Source: Isurus oxyrinchus
Taxonomy: Eukaryota
NCBI GenBank assembly: GCA_026770705.1
Contig: JANJGN010000042.1
Span: 6,076,001-6,140,000 of the forward strand
Length of the DNA: 64,000 bases
Direction of reading: 5' to 3'
Part shown: positions 40,690 to 52,149 of the stretch, in pieces
How positions within the stretch are numbered: the stretch's first letter is position 1
Layout of the letters: each line of letters starts with the position of its first letter
Notes under the pieces: model-generated
The model's database searches: none
What the model was told of the DNA's origin: nothing
Seen by the model: the letters and a program-made list of their open reading frames with translations, nothing else
Made by a program: the position numbers and the translations under genes

Positions 40690-41360
40690 CCTTAATTAAT
40701 CCTTTACTATTCGATTCAGCTTGTGGTAGCGAGTTCTGAATTTTCATCACTCTTTGGATGAATAAGTTTATTTTGAAATACAGGCCGGATTTGTTGTCTC
40801 TCTTTTGATGATTGCCTCTGGTTATGTTATTTAACAACAAATAAAGTATTTCCTTCGTATAGATTCTATCCAAACCTTGCAAACATAATGGCCTCCTTAG
40901 TCACCTTGCAGCCTTCCTTACATCAAGGGAAAAGTGATGCTGGCTGCTAAGCCCTTCCTGATCGGTATATCCACCAAATTCTGGTAACATCGGTGTGCAT
41001 TTTCTTTTCACTCTTAAGCACCTCTATACCCTCTAATTTTATAATACGTAGAGCATAACTCTACTCCGAGTGTAGTTGAACCAAGGTTCGATACAGGTTA
41101 AGCATAAAGTTCCTGCTTTTCAAATTTAACCCTCTATAAAGAATTCATGATGGTTTTTTATTGTCTTGCTAACTTGTGATATAACCTTTAGAGAACAACG
41201 CACTAACACCCCACGATCATGCTAGATTCCACGTTTACCCCATTATGACTTACATCTTCCAAGTTAAAAGTTACCTCCACATTATTCCCACCAAAATGTG
41301 TCCCTTCGCATTTATGTGTGCTCAACTTCATTTCCCAAATAATTGTCACTTTTTCAAGTT
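40690..41360 (-). mobile_element. Decayed CR1 3' region
   Basis: Minus-strand peptide GLDRI..NNITRGNH..FIQRVMKIQNSLP. Confidence 0.65.
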
Positions 41361-42639
41361 TATTCAGGAAACACAGAGGTTAGCAAAAATTCAGCACTCG
41401 TTCTTACATGGTGTGGTCGTGACGAATGTTAATAATAAATTTAGGAGAAGCTAGAATACATGCTAGTGGAAGGCGTGAACATATTTTCATCTGTTGACAT
41501 GAAGCAACTGGAAAGCGGTTTTTCTGGAGTATGAACACCCGTACAGAGCTATTTGTCAAAATAACCAGTAACTGCACTGTAATGTTCTCTTCAATAATGG
41601 TCAATAAAATCAGCGCACATTTGGCCTTATTTTTGATTCGCTGTTGCACCTCTGTACAGCTTTAACAAATATGAGTAGTTGGAAATCTCTTTCTTCTTCC
41701 TCTGCAGTATATAGTTGTATCAGAATGTAGAATACATCTTGACATGTTTGTCTTGCATGAAAGCAAAGTGACCTCGCACTTACGCAAATTAATCTCCATC
41801 TGCCGGCTTCAGCTGAACTCCTAATCTGTAGATACCTCTATGCAATGCTGTGCCCCCAGCTGCACTATTTTCTAGCGCACATGCTTACAACCCTCTGCAG
41901 TCTTAGACATTTAAATGTATTTTCTTTGATCCAATACATTCAATAAATAAGGCAGATATTTGAAAACCCAGATAACAAAGTTGGGGAACCACGACATGTC
42001 AGATCCTATCAATCCGAATGTGTAACATTTATCACAACTTTTTGGGTAGTTCTTTTTGCTTCTTTTTGAGTGCCTGTCGACCTTTTTCGAGGGTTTCAGT
42101 AAATCTATATAGCTAATGTCTCAAGATACACTGGTTTCTGCTTACTGGTATCATCCTCAAAAAATCATCTAAATTTGTCGACTCACCATAATCTTAACAA
42201 TGCACTCCGGACACTATGGGAGGAAATCTTGGCCCACCCGCTAGTGAGATTTTCCCGTCCCACCAGAGTCAATGGACTTTTGAGCGACTCGTCACATTTT
42301 AAGGCCCCGTCCCCGCTGTGCTTGATTAATTTAACGGGAAAGCTCAGTCAACCCAATGCGAAATCTTTGAGAGGAATAAGGAACGGAGTTTGGGATAATC
42401 GAGCATCAAAGTCAGGAGAAAAGTTCTAGTCTTACGCTATTGAAGACAGAATCAGGAACATGGGCTTTAGTGGAAATGGAGTTACAGGGGAATGGGGTAT
42501 GGAGATCACACATCGTCATTTTGCTTCTGGCATTTGAGTTAAGATTCAGGTGCCAGTACATTTCATTCAACCAACTCTAGGACACGTCCTACATTGCTGC
42601 CCTTTGTGCGTTTGTACTCGCTAAAACATTCCCTATAAC

Positions 42640-43450
42640 CAGTGAGATTATCCATTTTGGTAGCAAAAACAAGAAGGCAGATTATTATCTGAATGGCTAT
42701 AAATTGAGAGAGGGGAATTTGCAACGACACTTGGGGATCCTTGTACACCAGTCGCTGAAGGTAAGGATGTAGGTGCAGCAGGCGATAAAGAAAGAAAATG
42801 GCATGTTGGCCTTCATACCGAGAGGATTCGAGTACAGGAGCAGGGATGTATAGCTGCAATTGTACAGGGCCTTGGTGAGACCATATCTCGAATATTGTGT
42901 TTAATTTTGGTCTCCTTATCTGATTAAGGATGTACTTGCTATAGAAGGAGTGGAGCAAAGATTTGCCCGAATGAATCCTGGTATAGTGAGACTGACATAT
43001 GAGGAGAGGTTGAGTCGATTAGGATTATATTCACTGGAGTTCAGAAGAATGAGGGGAGATCTCATAGAAACTTATAAAATTCTAAGAGGACTAGACAGGG
43101 TAGATGCAGGAAGAATGTTTCCGATGGTGGAGGAGTCCAGAGCTAGGGGTCACAGTCCGAGGATGTGGTGTAGACCATTTAGCCCTGAGATGAGGAGAAA
43201 TTTCTTCACACAGAGAGTGGTGAGCCTGTGGAATTCGTTACCACAGAAAGTAGTTGAGACCAAAACATTTGTGTGCTTTCAAGGAGTTAGATATAGCTCC
43301 TGGGGCGAAAGGGTTCAAAGGGTGTGAGGAGAAAGCAGAAGCAGGCTATTGAGTTGGATAATCAACCATGATCATAATGAAAGGCAGAGCAGTCTCGAAG
43401 GACTGAATGGCCTATTCCAGCTCCTTGCTTCTATGTTTCTATGTTTCTAT
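42640..43450 (+). mobile_element. CR1 LINE 3' end with short-repeat tail
   Basis: LTYEERLSRLGLYSLEFRRMRGDLIETYKIL..FFTQRVVSLWNSLP, ending (ttctatgt)2. Confidence 0.92.
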
Positions 43451-45409
43451 TTATCTTCTGGAAGCTACATTACAATCTCAGTCTGTATGTAGCACGGAAT
43501 ACACTCCATGTAACATGTTGTGGCTGCCACATATACAGCAGATGGTTAATAATTAAAACTGGGCAAGAAGAAAACAGTGTGACGTACTAGGATCCCTTAA
43601 ATGCCCATCATTCCATTTCATAATTGGGTTATCATATTCTTAAATTAAACCAATTAAAATCTCTGTGAATGAAAATGGCTTCCCGATGCTCTTAATATTG
43701 GTTTCCTAACGCCATCAACATTAATATGCAAATATTAACGTCAGCTGCAATGCTCATGGTACCAGCAATTAGAAATAGTACAGTTCACCTATCAGTTATT
43801 ATCAAACCGACGCTGTTTTCATAATATGAACTTCATCCATGCCCATTAACACTATCATATTGCCAGCTTATGTATATGACCAAGTTAAGGACAGCAAACC
43901 CCAAGTACGTGAAAACTCGTTGACCATATGGGCATTGCGCTTGCGTGAATCGAATTGTAAGGCCCACGTTCTAACAATTATGAGTCACAGATGATTGGGA
44001 TGTTGATGGTTCGGGAGATTATTGGCAGGTTTGTATCAAAGTACATCCGGACGGTGATTTACCGCCCGTCGATATTAATGATCAAAAATTATGAGAGGGC
44101 GGTTCAGTTATGACGATTTGAGTTACAAAGCCTTGTGGGAAGGGTACCGGAGGGAAGCACATTCTTTGAAACTTGTATCTTTGATCTTACAGTTACTCTT
44201 CCAATGAATGCCGATAGGCTCGACTATTGGAGGGCTAAAAGAGTACTATTCCCTGCTTTCAAAGGATGAGTCCACATAAACATGGCTTTGTGCTTTTTAG
44301 GGGGTAATGCACATTTCTATCTGTCAAAGGCAATGCACCTGGCTCCTTGAGCTCTGTTTACGAGATGCGAAAGTGGCGTCAACTCCAAACGCCTTCCAGA
44401 CTAATCATACAGGTTCACATAGCTCATGAATCAAACATTATACTTGCTCGTAAATCCCGCAGCCCAACAACTTTCTGTATGAAGACGTTTCACTCGATTA
44501 CTGTTTAAAATCCCTCAATTTTAATATTGTCCTCTCCTTGATCACTTAACCATTAATAACGTCCTGCTCCCATCTATCTACCCTGACCAATTCGTTGACG
44601 TTTTAAACAGTTTGCTTTATCTACTCTTAATGAAAGCTTTCTTTAAAAAAATGACCAAGCTTATAGTTTTTTTATTCCTATTTACATATCGTCATAACTG
44701 GCATCGTTCTAGTCATCAAGAATAGCAGCAGAGTGATTAAGCTACAGAAAAAATAACTTTCAAGGCTCGCCTAATAGTATAGGAACATGAGTAAAAATAC
44801 CAAAACAGCAGCTTGGGAATTAACATTCAGTAAATTTAATAAATCTGCAAATAAAATGCTACAGTGAGCAATGTTGAGATGAAATTACCGGATTCTTTTA
44901 GAGGACGGCCCTTTCGTTTTCTAATTCCCATTATGTTCTCACCCGGTCTCACATACACAAAAACCCAAATGCCTAACCATGTAACTGGCTTTTGTCTGCT
45001 CTCTAAAATTATCAAGTAAGTCATTCTTGTCAGGAAAGATGCTCACCACCACTTCCAAAGGGCAATTAGGGACAGTAAATAAATATTAGTTTTACCAGAG
45101 GCGTCCTGTGAATGAATGAGGCAACAAAAAATGTTTGGCACAATATTTAAACGTCCATATCATATTGGAGGGCCAAAATTGCATAAACTCTCTGCTCTTC
45201 CACAACACTGAACTAATTTTCTTTCAGAGTACCATTGCCAGCGCCTTCTTTACAAAGGGAATCATCTCAATGTTATTGGCATTGACTGTCCCCTGCCACT
45301 TATTAGCACTTCCCCGCATATTACCCAACTCCGTTTCGTTTTCCAAATATTAAGAAGTGTTTCTTATGTTGCGTTCACCATTCGGAAAACTCTCCTCACA
45401 GCTATAACA

Positions 45410-46200
45410 ACAAAACTAATAAAATCAAATGTAGCGCCTTTCATTGGCCTATGGGGTTTCCCTGTGTGAATTATTAAATAAAGAATGACACCAAGGCACA
45501 TAAGGAGATATTGGGTCTGATTGCCAAAAGCTTCGTCAAACAGGTAGTTTAATGAATGCCTTAAATGGAGAAAGCGAGGCAGAGAGGCTGAGAGCTGTAA
45601 GGACTGCATCTCAGAGTTTGTGTTCGAGACAGTTGAAGGCACGGCCACCAGCTGTGGAGCAATTAAAGTTTGGAGTGTACAAGAGGCCAGAAATAAAGAC
45701 ATAGATCTCTTGTAGGGTTTTTGTGTTTGGAGCAAATTATAGATATAGAAATGGGCAAGGCTATGGAGGCTTATGAAAACAAGGATTATAATATTAAAAT
45801 CAAAGGTTGCTTGCCCAGAAGTAAATGTCAGTCTGTGAGCAAAGAGATTATGGGTGAGTGGGACTTGCTGTGAGATAAAATGAGGGCAGCAGAGTTTTAC
45901 ATGACTTCAAGTTTACAGTGGGTAGAATATGGGAGGCAGGAGTGCGTTGGAATAATTGAATCTAGAGGTAACGAAGAAAAGAGCCAAGGGTGAGCTGAGA
46001 CAGGGGCGAAGTCAAGTAATGTTATGGGAGTGGAAATAGTGCATCTTAGATATGATGTGATTATGAAGTCGGAAGCTCTTTGCCGCATCAAATACGACAT
46101 CGAGGTTGCAATGAGATTGCCATGAACAGAGCCTGCTGCCGGGGAATTAGTTGGAGTCAGTAGCTAAGAAAGGGATTTTGGAGCGGGGACCACAATAATA
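45410..46200 (-). mobile_element. Decayed L2-like LINE 3' region
   Basis: Minus strand includes ttacctctagattcaattattccaac (xTSRxxYSN-like). Similar to 54780-55720. Confidence 0.55.
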
Positions 46201-46689
46201 TCACTGAATTACGGGGTGAACAAACATGCCCAGAGAACAGAATCATGTGCTAGCGTTTTACCCATTTCCAACAACAATGATTATATTGATATCCCTGTTG
46301 GCCTTGCTGTGATGCATTTTAATTGATCTGCACTCTTTTCCTTAATCTTTCCATAATTCTCCAGTACTGTCCTATCAAAGGCTTTCTTAAGCTTCGCGTG
46401 CGTAACTGTACATGACCAAAAGTCGAAATATCACAGCAAAAAAAAAGGAAAACAAGGAAGGTTTCTTGCATGAACACAGCTCAAACCAAGAATGCGGTCT
46501 TTGTTTATCACTGGTAGGTCAATAGATTTGTCACATTAAAGGCATGACTGTTTCATTAGACGTTATTTCAGTGAGAGCTGTTTATTTCATTCGGTGCACA
46601 AAGCTGACATTTAAACATGGATATCATTATCAATCTAACACTAATGCATCGCCAATTGTTAAACATGTACGTTTACAATATGCAAGATG

Positions 46690-47030
46690 AACTACAGTGA
46701 TTCACCAAGTCTCCATCGAAAGCACCTTCCAAACATTCCACATCTACCATTTTGAAGACAACAATATACACCAAACGCATGATAACACTACGACCGGCAG
46801 GTTTCTCTCCAAGCCCCACAACATCCTGACTTGAAACTATATCGCCATGCATTCACTGTGGCTGAATCAATGTCCTGTAAATTTGTTGCTAACAGCAGTG
46901 TGTGTGTACCTGCATAAGATGGACTGCTGAGATTCAAGGAGCCACCTTCACAAGCACAAATAGTGATTGTTCACCAATGATGGCCTTGCCAGCGAAGCCC
47001 ACACCCCATGAAAGTACAATTAAAACAAAC
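46690..47030 (+). mobile_element. LINE 3' tail directly upstream of the IgNAR promoter
   Basis: agcaccttccaaac..atcctgacttgaaactatatcgcc..ggactgctgagattcaag..gccagcgaagcccacaccccatgaa. Same family as 25950-26365. Confidence 0.7.
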
Positions 47031-47230
47031 AAAATAGTATGAAAAGCAATCAGCGTGTATGGAAACAAGCTGAACATTGTGACCGTGAAGTATCTTCATT
47101 TTTAGTCAGCCGATCTGTCCACATTAATTGGATGCAGATTCGACTAGTGGGACTGTGACTGTGAACATAGAAGTCATAACCTAACCTATGGCAAACCCTA
47201 AGCTAACCACATTGCTAATGGTCTATCACT

Positions 47231-47270
47231 CCGCCCTATGCAAATCCGCCCATCCTCTTGATGTTTATAA
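47231..47270 (+). promoter_or_regulatory. IgNAR V promoter: GC box - octamer - GC box - TATA
   Basis: ccgccc (47231-47236), ATGCAAAT (47238-47245), ccgccc (47246-47251) and tttataa (47264-47270), about 100 bp before the leader ATG. Confidence 0.8.
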
Positions 47271-47363
47271 GGTCGGTGTTCTGCTACACACCGTTACACA
47301 GAACAGTTGATGTTGAGGTCTAGAGTTCGTTCTGCTTATGTTTTCCACACTGGTGAAGAAACA

Positions 47364-47406
47364 ATGAATATTTTCTGCCTTTCGCTCCTTTTAACCTGGT
47401 TACCAA
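47364..47406 (+). CDS. IgNAR: IgNAR leader exon (signal peptide)
   Basis: MNIFCLSLLLTWLP closely resembles known IgNAR leaders (MNIFLLSVLLALLP). Phase-1 donor gtaagt at 47407. Confidence 0.95.
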
Positions 47407-47548
47407 GTAAGTGCTGTTCGCTAAAAAAGAATGTACAGTAACTGGATAAATTAGTGTGGCTGCGCCCGTATTGTGTAATTTGCCTTTGCCTTTAAATGTT
47501 TTCATTGTTTCAGACCCGCAAGTTATTTAATATATTTTCTCCATTCAG

Positions 47549-47820
47549 GTACCTTCAGTGTTAGAGTGGACCAAACACCAAGAACGGCAACGAAAGAGAC
47601 AGGCGAAACTCTGACAATCAACTGCGTCCTAAAGGATACTAGCTGTAGCTTGTACTCTACATCATGGTTCCGGAAAAACCCGGGATCAACAGATTGGGAA
47701 GGGATAACCATTGGCGGCCGATATGTTGAATCAGTCAACAAGGGAAGCAACTCATTTTCCCTGCGAATCAATGACCTGACAGTTGAAGACAGTGTCACGT
47801 TTTACTGCAGAGCTGAAACT
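47549..47820 (+). CDS. IgNAR: IgNAR V exon (germline VNAR, type II-like)
   Basis: Acceptor cag ends at 47548. (S)[90 protein letters not shown] has the canonical Cys/Trp/Cys, no CDR2, and an extra CDR1 Cys. Confidence 0.97.
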
Positions 47821-47858
47821 CACAGTAATGAGTTTGAGCTTCTGCTCATACAAGAACA
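47821..47858 (+). other. V 3' recombination signal (22-bp spacer)
   Basis: CACAGTA - 22 nt - ACAAGAACA. Confidence 0.92.
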
Positions 47859-48048
47859 CCCTCGGATCTTCTGGTGATTAAAATAGGAACTGTTTCGTTT
47901 TTTCGCTCAAACGTTGCAGTCACAGATTCCCATCTGAGACCGGCGGAGTTGTGTAAATAACTGGTGATATTTTCAAGATCAGAAATCTCCGCAGTGAGAA
48001 TGCGGATTTGAAGTGCGGTTGTTCAATGTACAGCCCCGCATGTGAACG

Positions 48049-48131
48049 TATTTGTGCACTGGGCTGTACCACTGTGTACATACTATAGCTGCCACAGCAA
48101 TCGAGAAGACGGTTCCTGTAATACACAAACT
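48049..48131 (+). other. IgNAR: IgNAR D1 (48077-48092, tacatactatagctgc) with 12/23 RSS
   Basis: TATTTGTGC-12-CACTGTG [D1] CACAGCA-23-ACACAAACT. Confidence 0.92.
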
Positions 48132-48319
48132 ACCAGCAGAGATTATGTTTTAAAAGTGAGAACAGAGTCATCATATCTCAACGGGTTTAGCAGCAAGTTT
48201 TCGGTTTCTCAGTGATTTGGATGGGTTTAGTTATAAAAGGCTTAAAAGAACAATGTTGTGTTGTGTATACAGATAGTGTATACATCAAAACTGAGAGCGT
48301 TGCATTACTGCACGTGCGA

Positions 48320-48397
48320 CCTTTTTGCACTGATCCCTATGACTGTGTGACTGGTGTGCCACAGTGATGAATCCTGGATTCGCATAATACACAAACT
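48320..48397 (+). other. IgNAR: IgNAR D2 (48348-48359, tgactggtgtgc) with 12/22 RSS
   Basis: CCTTTTTGC-12-GACTGTG [D2] CACAGTG-22-ACACAAACT. Confidence 0.92.
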
Positions 48398-48712
48398 TCC
48401 CCACACCTCTTAAGGCAAAGCGAACAGATATCACTTTCTGAATGGCTAAGATATCTCATGACTAAATATTTATTATCTTCGTCAGACAGTGCCTGGTATT
48501 TTAAAGGCTTTTTTCTAGCTATTTAGGTGGTTATTTTATAAATTTTATAAATGTCATCTTCATAATGGAACACTTTACATTCGCCAGGATTTTTCTAGTG
48601 GGTGAGAATTATAGACATCTAAGGGATCCTAACATAAAGGCAACGATTTACCACATTTTTCAATCAATTTTTTGAACACCTGAAGGATTTATTGTAAAGT
48701 TTTGGAGAATGG

Positions 48713-48780
48713 ATTTATTGTGTTGGAATGAATTGATGTGTAACTGCTATGACACAGTGACTCGGGCCACAGCACAAACC
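48713..48780 (+). other. IgNAR: IgNAR D3 (48741-48752, taactgctatga) with 12/12 RSS
   Basis: ATTTATTGT-12-TGATGTG [D3] CACAGTG-12-GCACAAACC. Confidence 0.88.
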
Positions 48781-49095
48781 TCCCCGACAGTTATTTACTT
48801 TACTGCTCGTGAATATGGCTGAATAATCTACTTTCTTACACTTGATCTCTTGCTGCACAGAGGTTGAAATCAATTCCTGATCGACTTTTGTTTGGAATCT
48901 ATCCGCATTCCCAGTAAAATTGAAACACTGGATTGTCTTTTTCAATGTTACAAAAAGCCCCATTGCTCATACGAACTATCGGCACGGACAGAAACGGACA
49001 GAAAATAAAGTTTTATTAAGGAATAAAAAATATGCAACATGTCCTTGGATCCGTCTTGCTTTGGAATATTTATTGCCAAACTCTTCTTCGTTGAT

Positions 49096-49134
49096 ACTTT
49101 TTGAACTGGGCTGACTGGGAGCTGACTGACTGTG
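49096..49134 (-). other. J 5' recombination signal (23-bp spacer)
   Basis: ACTTTTTGA-23-GACTGTG as read on the + strand. Confidence 0.9.
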
Positions 49135-49182
49135 ACTATAACAACTACGATGGGGCTGGCACGGTGCTGACTGTGAACTCTG
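49135..49182 (+). CDS. IgNAR: IgNAR J segment
   Basis: YNNYDGAGTVLTVNS contains the VNAR FR4 motif. Phase-1 donor gtaagt at 49183. Confidence 0.95.
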
Positions 49183-50447
49183 GTAAGTGACCTTTCTTTC
49201 TAATTTGTTAATAAGATTTTGTACATATAGGATAAGAAGAATTAATGTTCTCATTCAAATCGGCTGAAGCAGGTTTGTGATGTTCGCAGCTCTTTCCAGG
49301 ACCTGATTGGTTTGACTGTCAGTCAACTTCGAACGGGCTTAGAACTTTGTTATTTCAAAAGGTATTTCTTTCGAGAATCTAGTGAAATTGGTTTTAGGTT
49401 TATAACTTATCTGTCACATAACACTTAAGATAGTTGTTTAGAAAGATGGTGATGTTTTAAATACTTAAAACGGAAGCGGATTTGCAAAGTTCCTCCTTAC
49501 TGAGATGTTCCTTCACAAAGTAGAGGCAACAATTCTAATCCGAAAAGTTAATACAATGTTGCAGTGAGGAATGGTTTCTGAAAGCAAATAAATGATGCGT
49601 GCTATTATTTTGTAAAACACAGCTTACGATTTATTACTCCCTCTAAACCTTTTATCGTTCTCTATGACAAAGATTTACGTTAATATCGGAACAGAACCTT
49701 AAAAATCTGTTGTCCATTCGCACCTGGAGATTTGTGACTTTTGATTTAAGGGCACAAGTCAGTGACCTAGAAAGTGACTCACTGGGCATGACACTGGTCT
49801 GTCCAAGTGGCGTTAAAGGTGCGCTAGAAATTGAGAAACCTATTTTACAAGCGCCAGCTTCCCCCACCAGCCCCCCTCCTCCCACCCCCCGACCCCCCCC
49901 CCCCCCCCCCCGCCCCACCACCCCCCACTCGGTTGACGTGGACTACAATGTCATCGTTTTAATTTCTCATCAAGGAAAAATGACAGTGAAACCAGTCGAG
50001 TTTCCTAAAGGAGATTGAAATGTTCTGTGAACTTCAATGGAAATTAGACAGTATAAGGTGAAACACTAACTAGCGATTCGCTATCAGGTTGTGTTGTATT
50101 ACCAACGACAACCAATTTCAGCTCTGGACTGCAATGATATGGGAATCATGTTTCCATGGAATCCTGTATCCTAGACCTGTATTTCAGCTGATAGCGGCGC
50201 TCTGTGTTTATGATTAGGAGGAACAGCAGAGAGCTTTGAAACAACAGCAGGTTACAATGTTCCAATTATATTCTCTTTTAAATTCGATGCATGGAAATAA
50301 AGTAAGAGCTGCTCCCCAACCACCCCCTCCCTGCCCCTTTATTTAAAGCTTTATTGAGAATGGTGAAGCTTTTTCTAACACTTGGTATGTTATACCGTTC
50401 ATTGCCTTACTGTATTTGAAGAAGAAATTTGTTAATTTGGGATCTGA

Positions 50448-50632
50448 GGGCTGGAAATCCGTCCCTGGTGGTAGTGCAAAGACGGGCGGTTTTGGCTCGG
50501 CCGCCTGTTTAAAGCAGCATCTGATGTTATGTTTCACTGACTGCAATGGGCGTTACATCAGGCACTGCACATAATAGCTGCCGATCCGCTTCTGCCCGAT
50601 TTGCGCCATCGGCAGAGATGAACCTTTAGCCC
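50448..50632. mobile_element. Short MITE-like element
   Basis: CpG-rich patch bounded by imperfect inverted ends gggctggaa...tttagccc. Confidence 0.35.
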
Positions 50633-52149
50633 ATTAACACTGAGAAGGTAGGGGTGAGATGCAGACTGGACTAGGAGCATTGCTGAGGTTGAAGGGAATC
50701 GCTGCATAGATGGAACAGTCATTAATAGAAAAGTGCAATATTCTATGAAAGCTGAAAAATAAAACACGTGGCGATAAACTGGTATCGCTTCCATTACCTG
50801 GAGTCATACAGGTTGTTCCACCCATAGAATTCCTTCTCTCTGCAACTGATGCTCCCCAATTTAAGCTACGTTAAAACTGTTAACTTTCCCTTGAGCTGTT
50901 ACAGGACCGATAAAGCAGGCATTCATTTATTGACATAAAAATGTTTTAAACCCTTTATCAAATAGTGTAAAGAGGAAGATTAAATGCTAATTGCGGTTCC
51001 CTGAAGTCGGAAAAGGAGGTTTTGTGGCTTAATATCATTCCTTGCCTTTACTGACAAATCAACGGGTAAAACGTTGGTTGCAACATATACTTCAATAATA
51101 TTCACATTCTCAACATCAGAGGGAAATAATTTTATATAGTTTTTTTTCCAACTTGGCAAATGATTGTTAATTTAAGACTTCCATTGGCCATAATTATGCA
51201 GCTGATTAAATTGTTCACTTCCTCATCCCCATTTCCGCACTCCATCTTTTATTTTTGCAGACACGTATCAATTTTTACTCAGTTTTGTACACTTTCATCA
51301 ACTGTAATTTGTGATACATTTTATTTTTCTCCGAATTTTCCATTTTTTTAGGCTGCCTATATAATCTCCTATAAAAATCCTTCCCAACTTTGCCCATGTT
51401 ATCTTCCCGACATATCTGAAGAATGATTGTTTGCAATTTTCACTCGAACACATTCAAGTCCATAAATAATGGTAATTGCCTTCACCTTTATGACTCCAGA
51501 AGATGACTTATCATTATTTGCTCCACCCTTATCCTGTGTATTCCTTTACCACTGCTCAAATAATTAAACTGCATTGCTAACACTCCATATCTCTGGCACA
51601 GGTTCAGTCCAAAGATATTTGGAAGTTTCTCGATAAATCATCTGCTCTTTGTCTGTTATCGATATTTTAGGCTATGTGCCATCAATTACCTCTTGCAGTT
51701 TCTTATTTTTTTTTCCAATTTCAACTTAACGTTCTCACATTTGAACTCCTCCACACCATGCCCTTCTAACATTCAATCTTTATGAAAGTATTTTATTTTC
51801 AGTCGAGGCAAACCCCGTGTTTATCCTTGCGTTTTTTTTATTTTTTTCATCTTCCCGAAGTAAATCTCATTCTTCGTCCATTTTCAAATCGTATCTTCCC
51901 ATTTGTCTTGTGCCACTGTGTAACTAGTTTCTTATTCTTACTGGTTAGCCAAGGAACGTTTTGTGGCAACGAATGACACGACAGTAATGTACTGTTCTCA
52001 TATCGCAGTGAGAGAGCCCAAAAGATCCAATATAGAGAGAGGACTCTAGGAATAAAAACCACCCTTTATTTAATGCTAATTCCTGTAAACTACTAATATT
52101 AAGGCAGAACTGCATGAAAACTCCTCCCAGAAAATGAGAAATAATACAT

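Noticed and set aside
47821-47877. C-terminal extension of the 47566 ORF (HSNEFELL...)
   Set aside because: Read-through into the V RSS, which is removed by V(D)J recombination.
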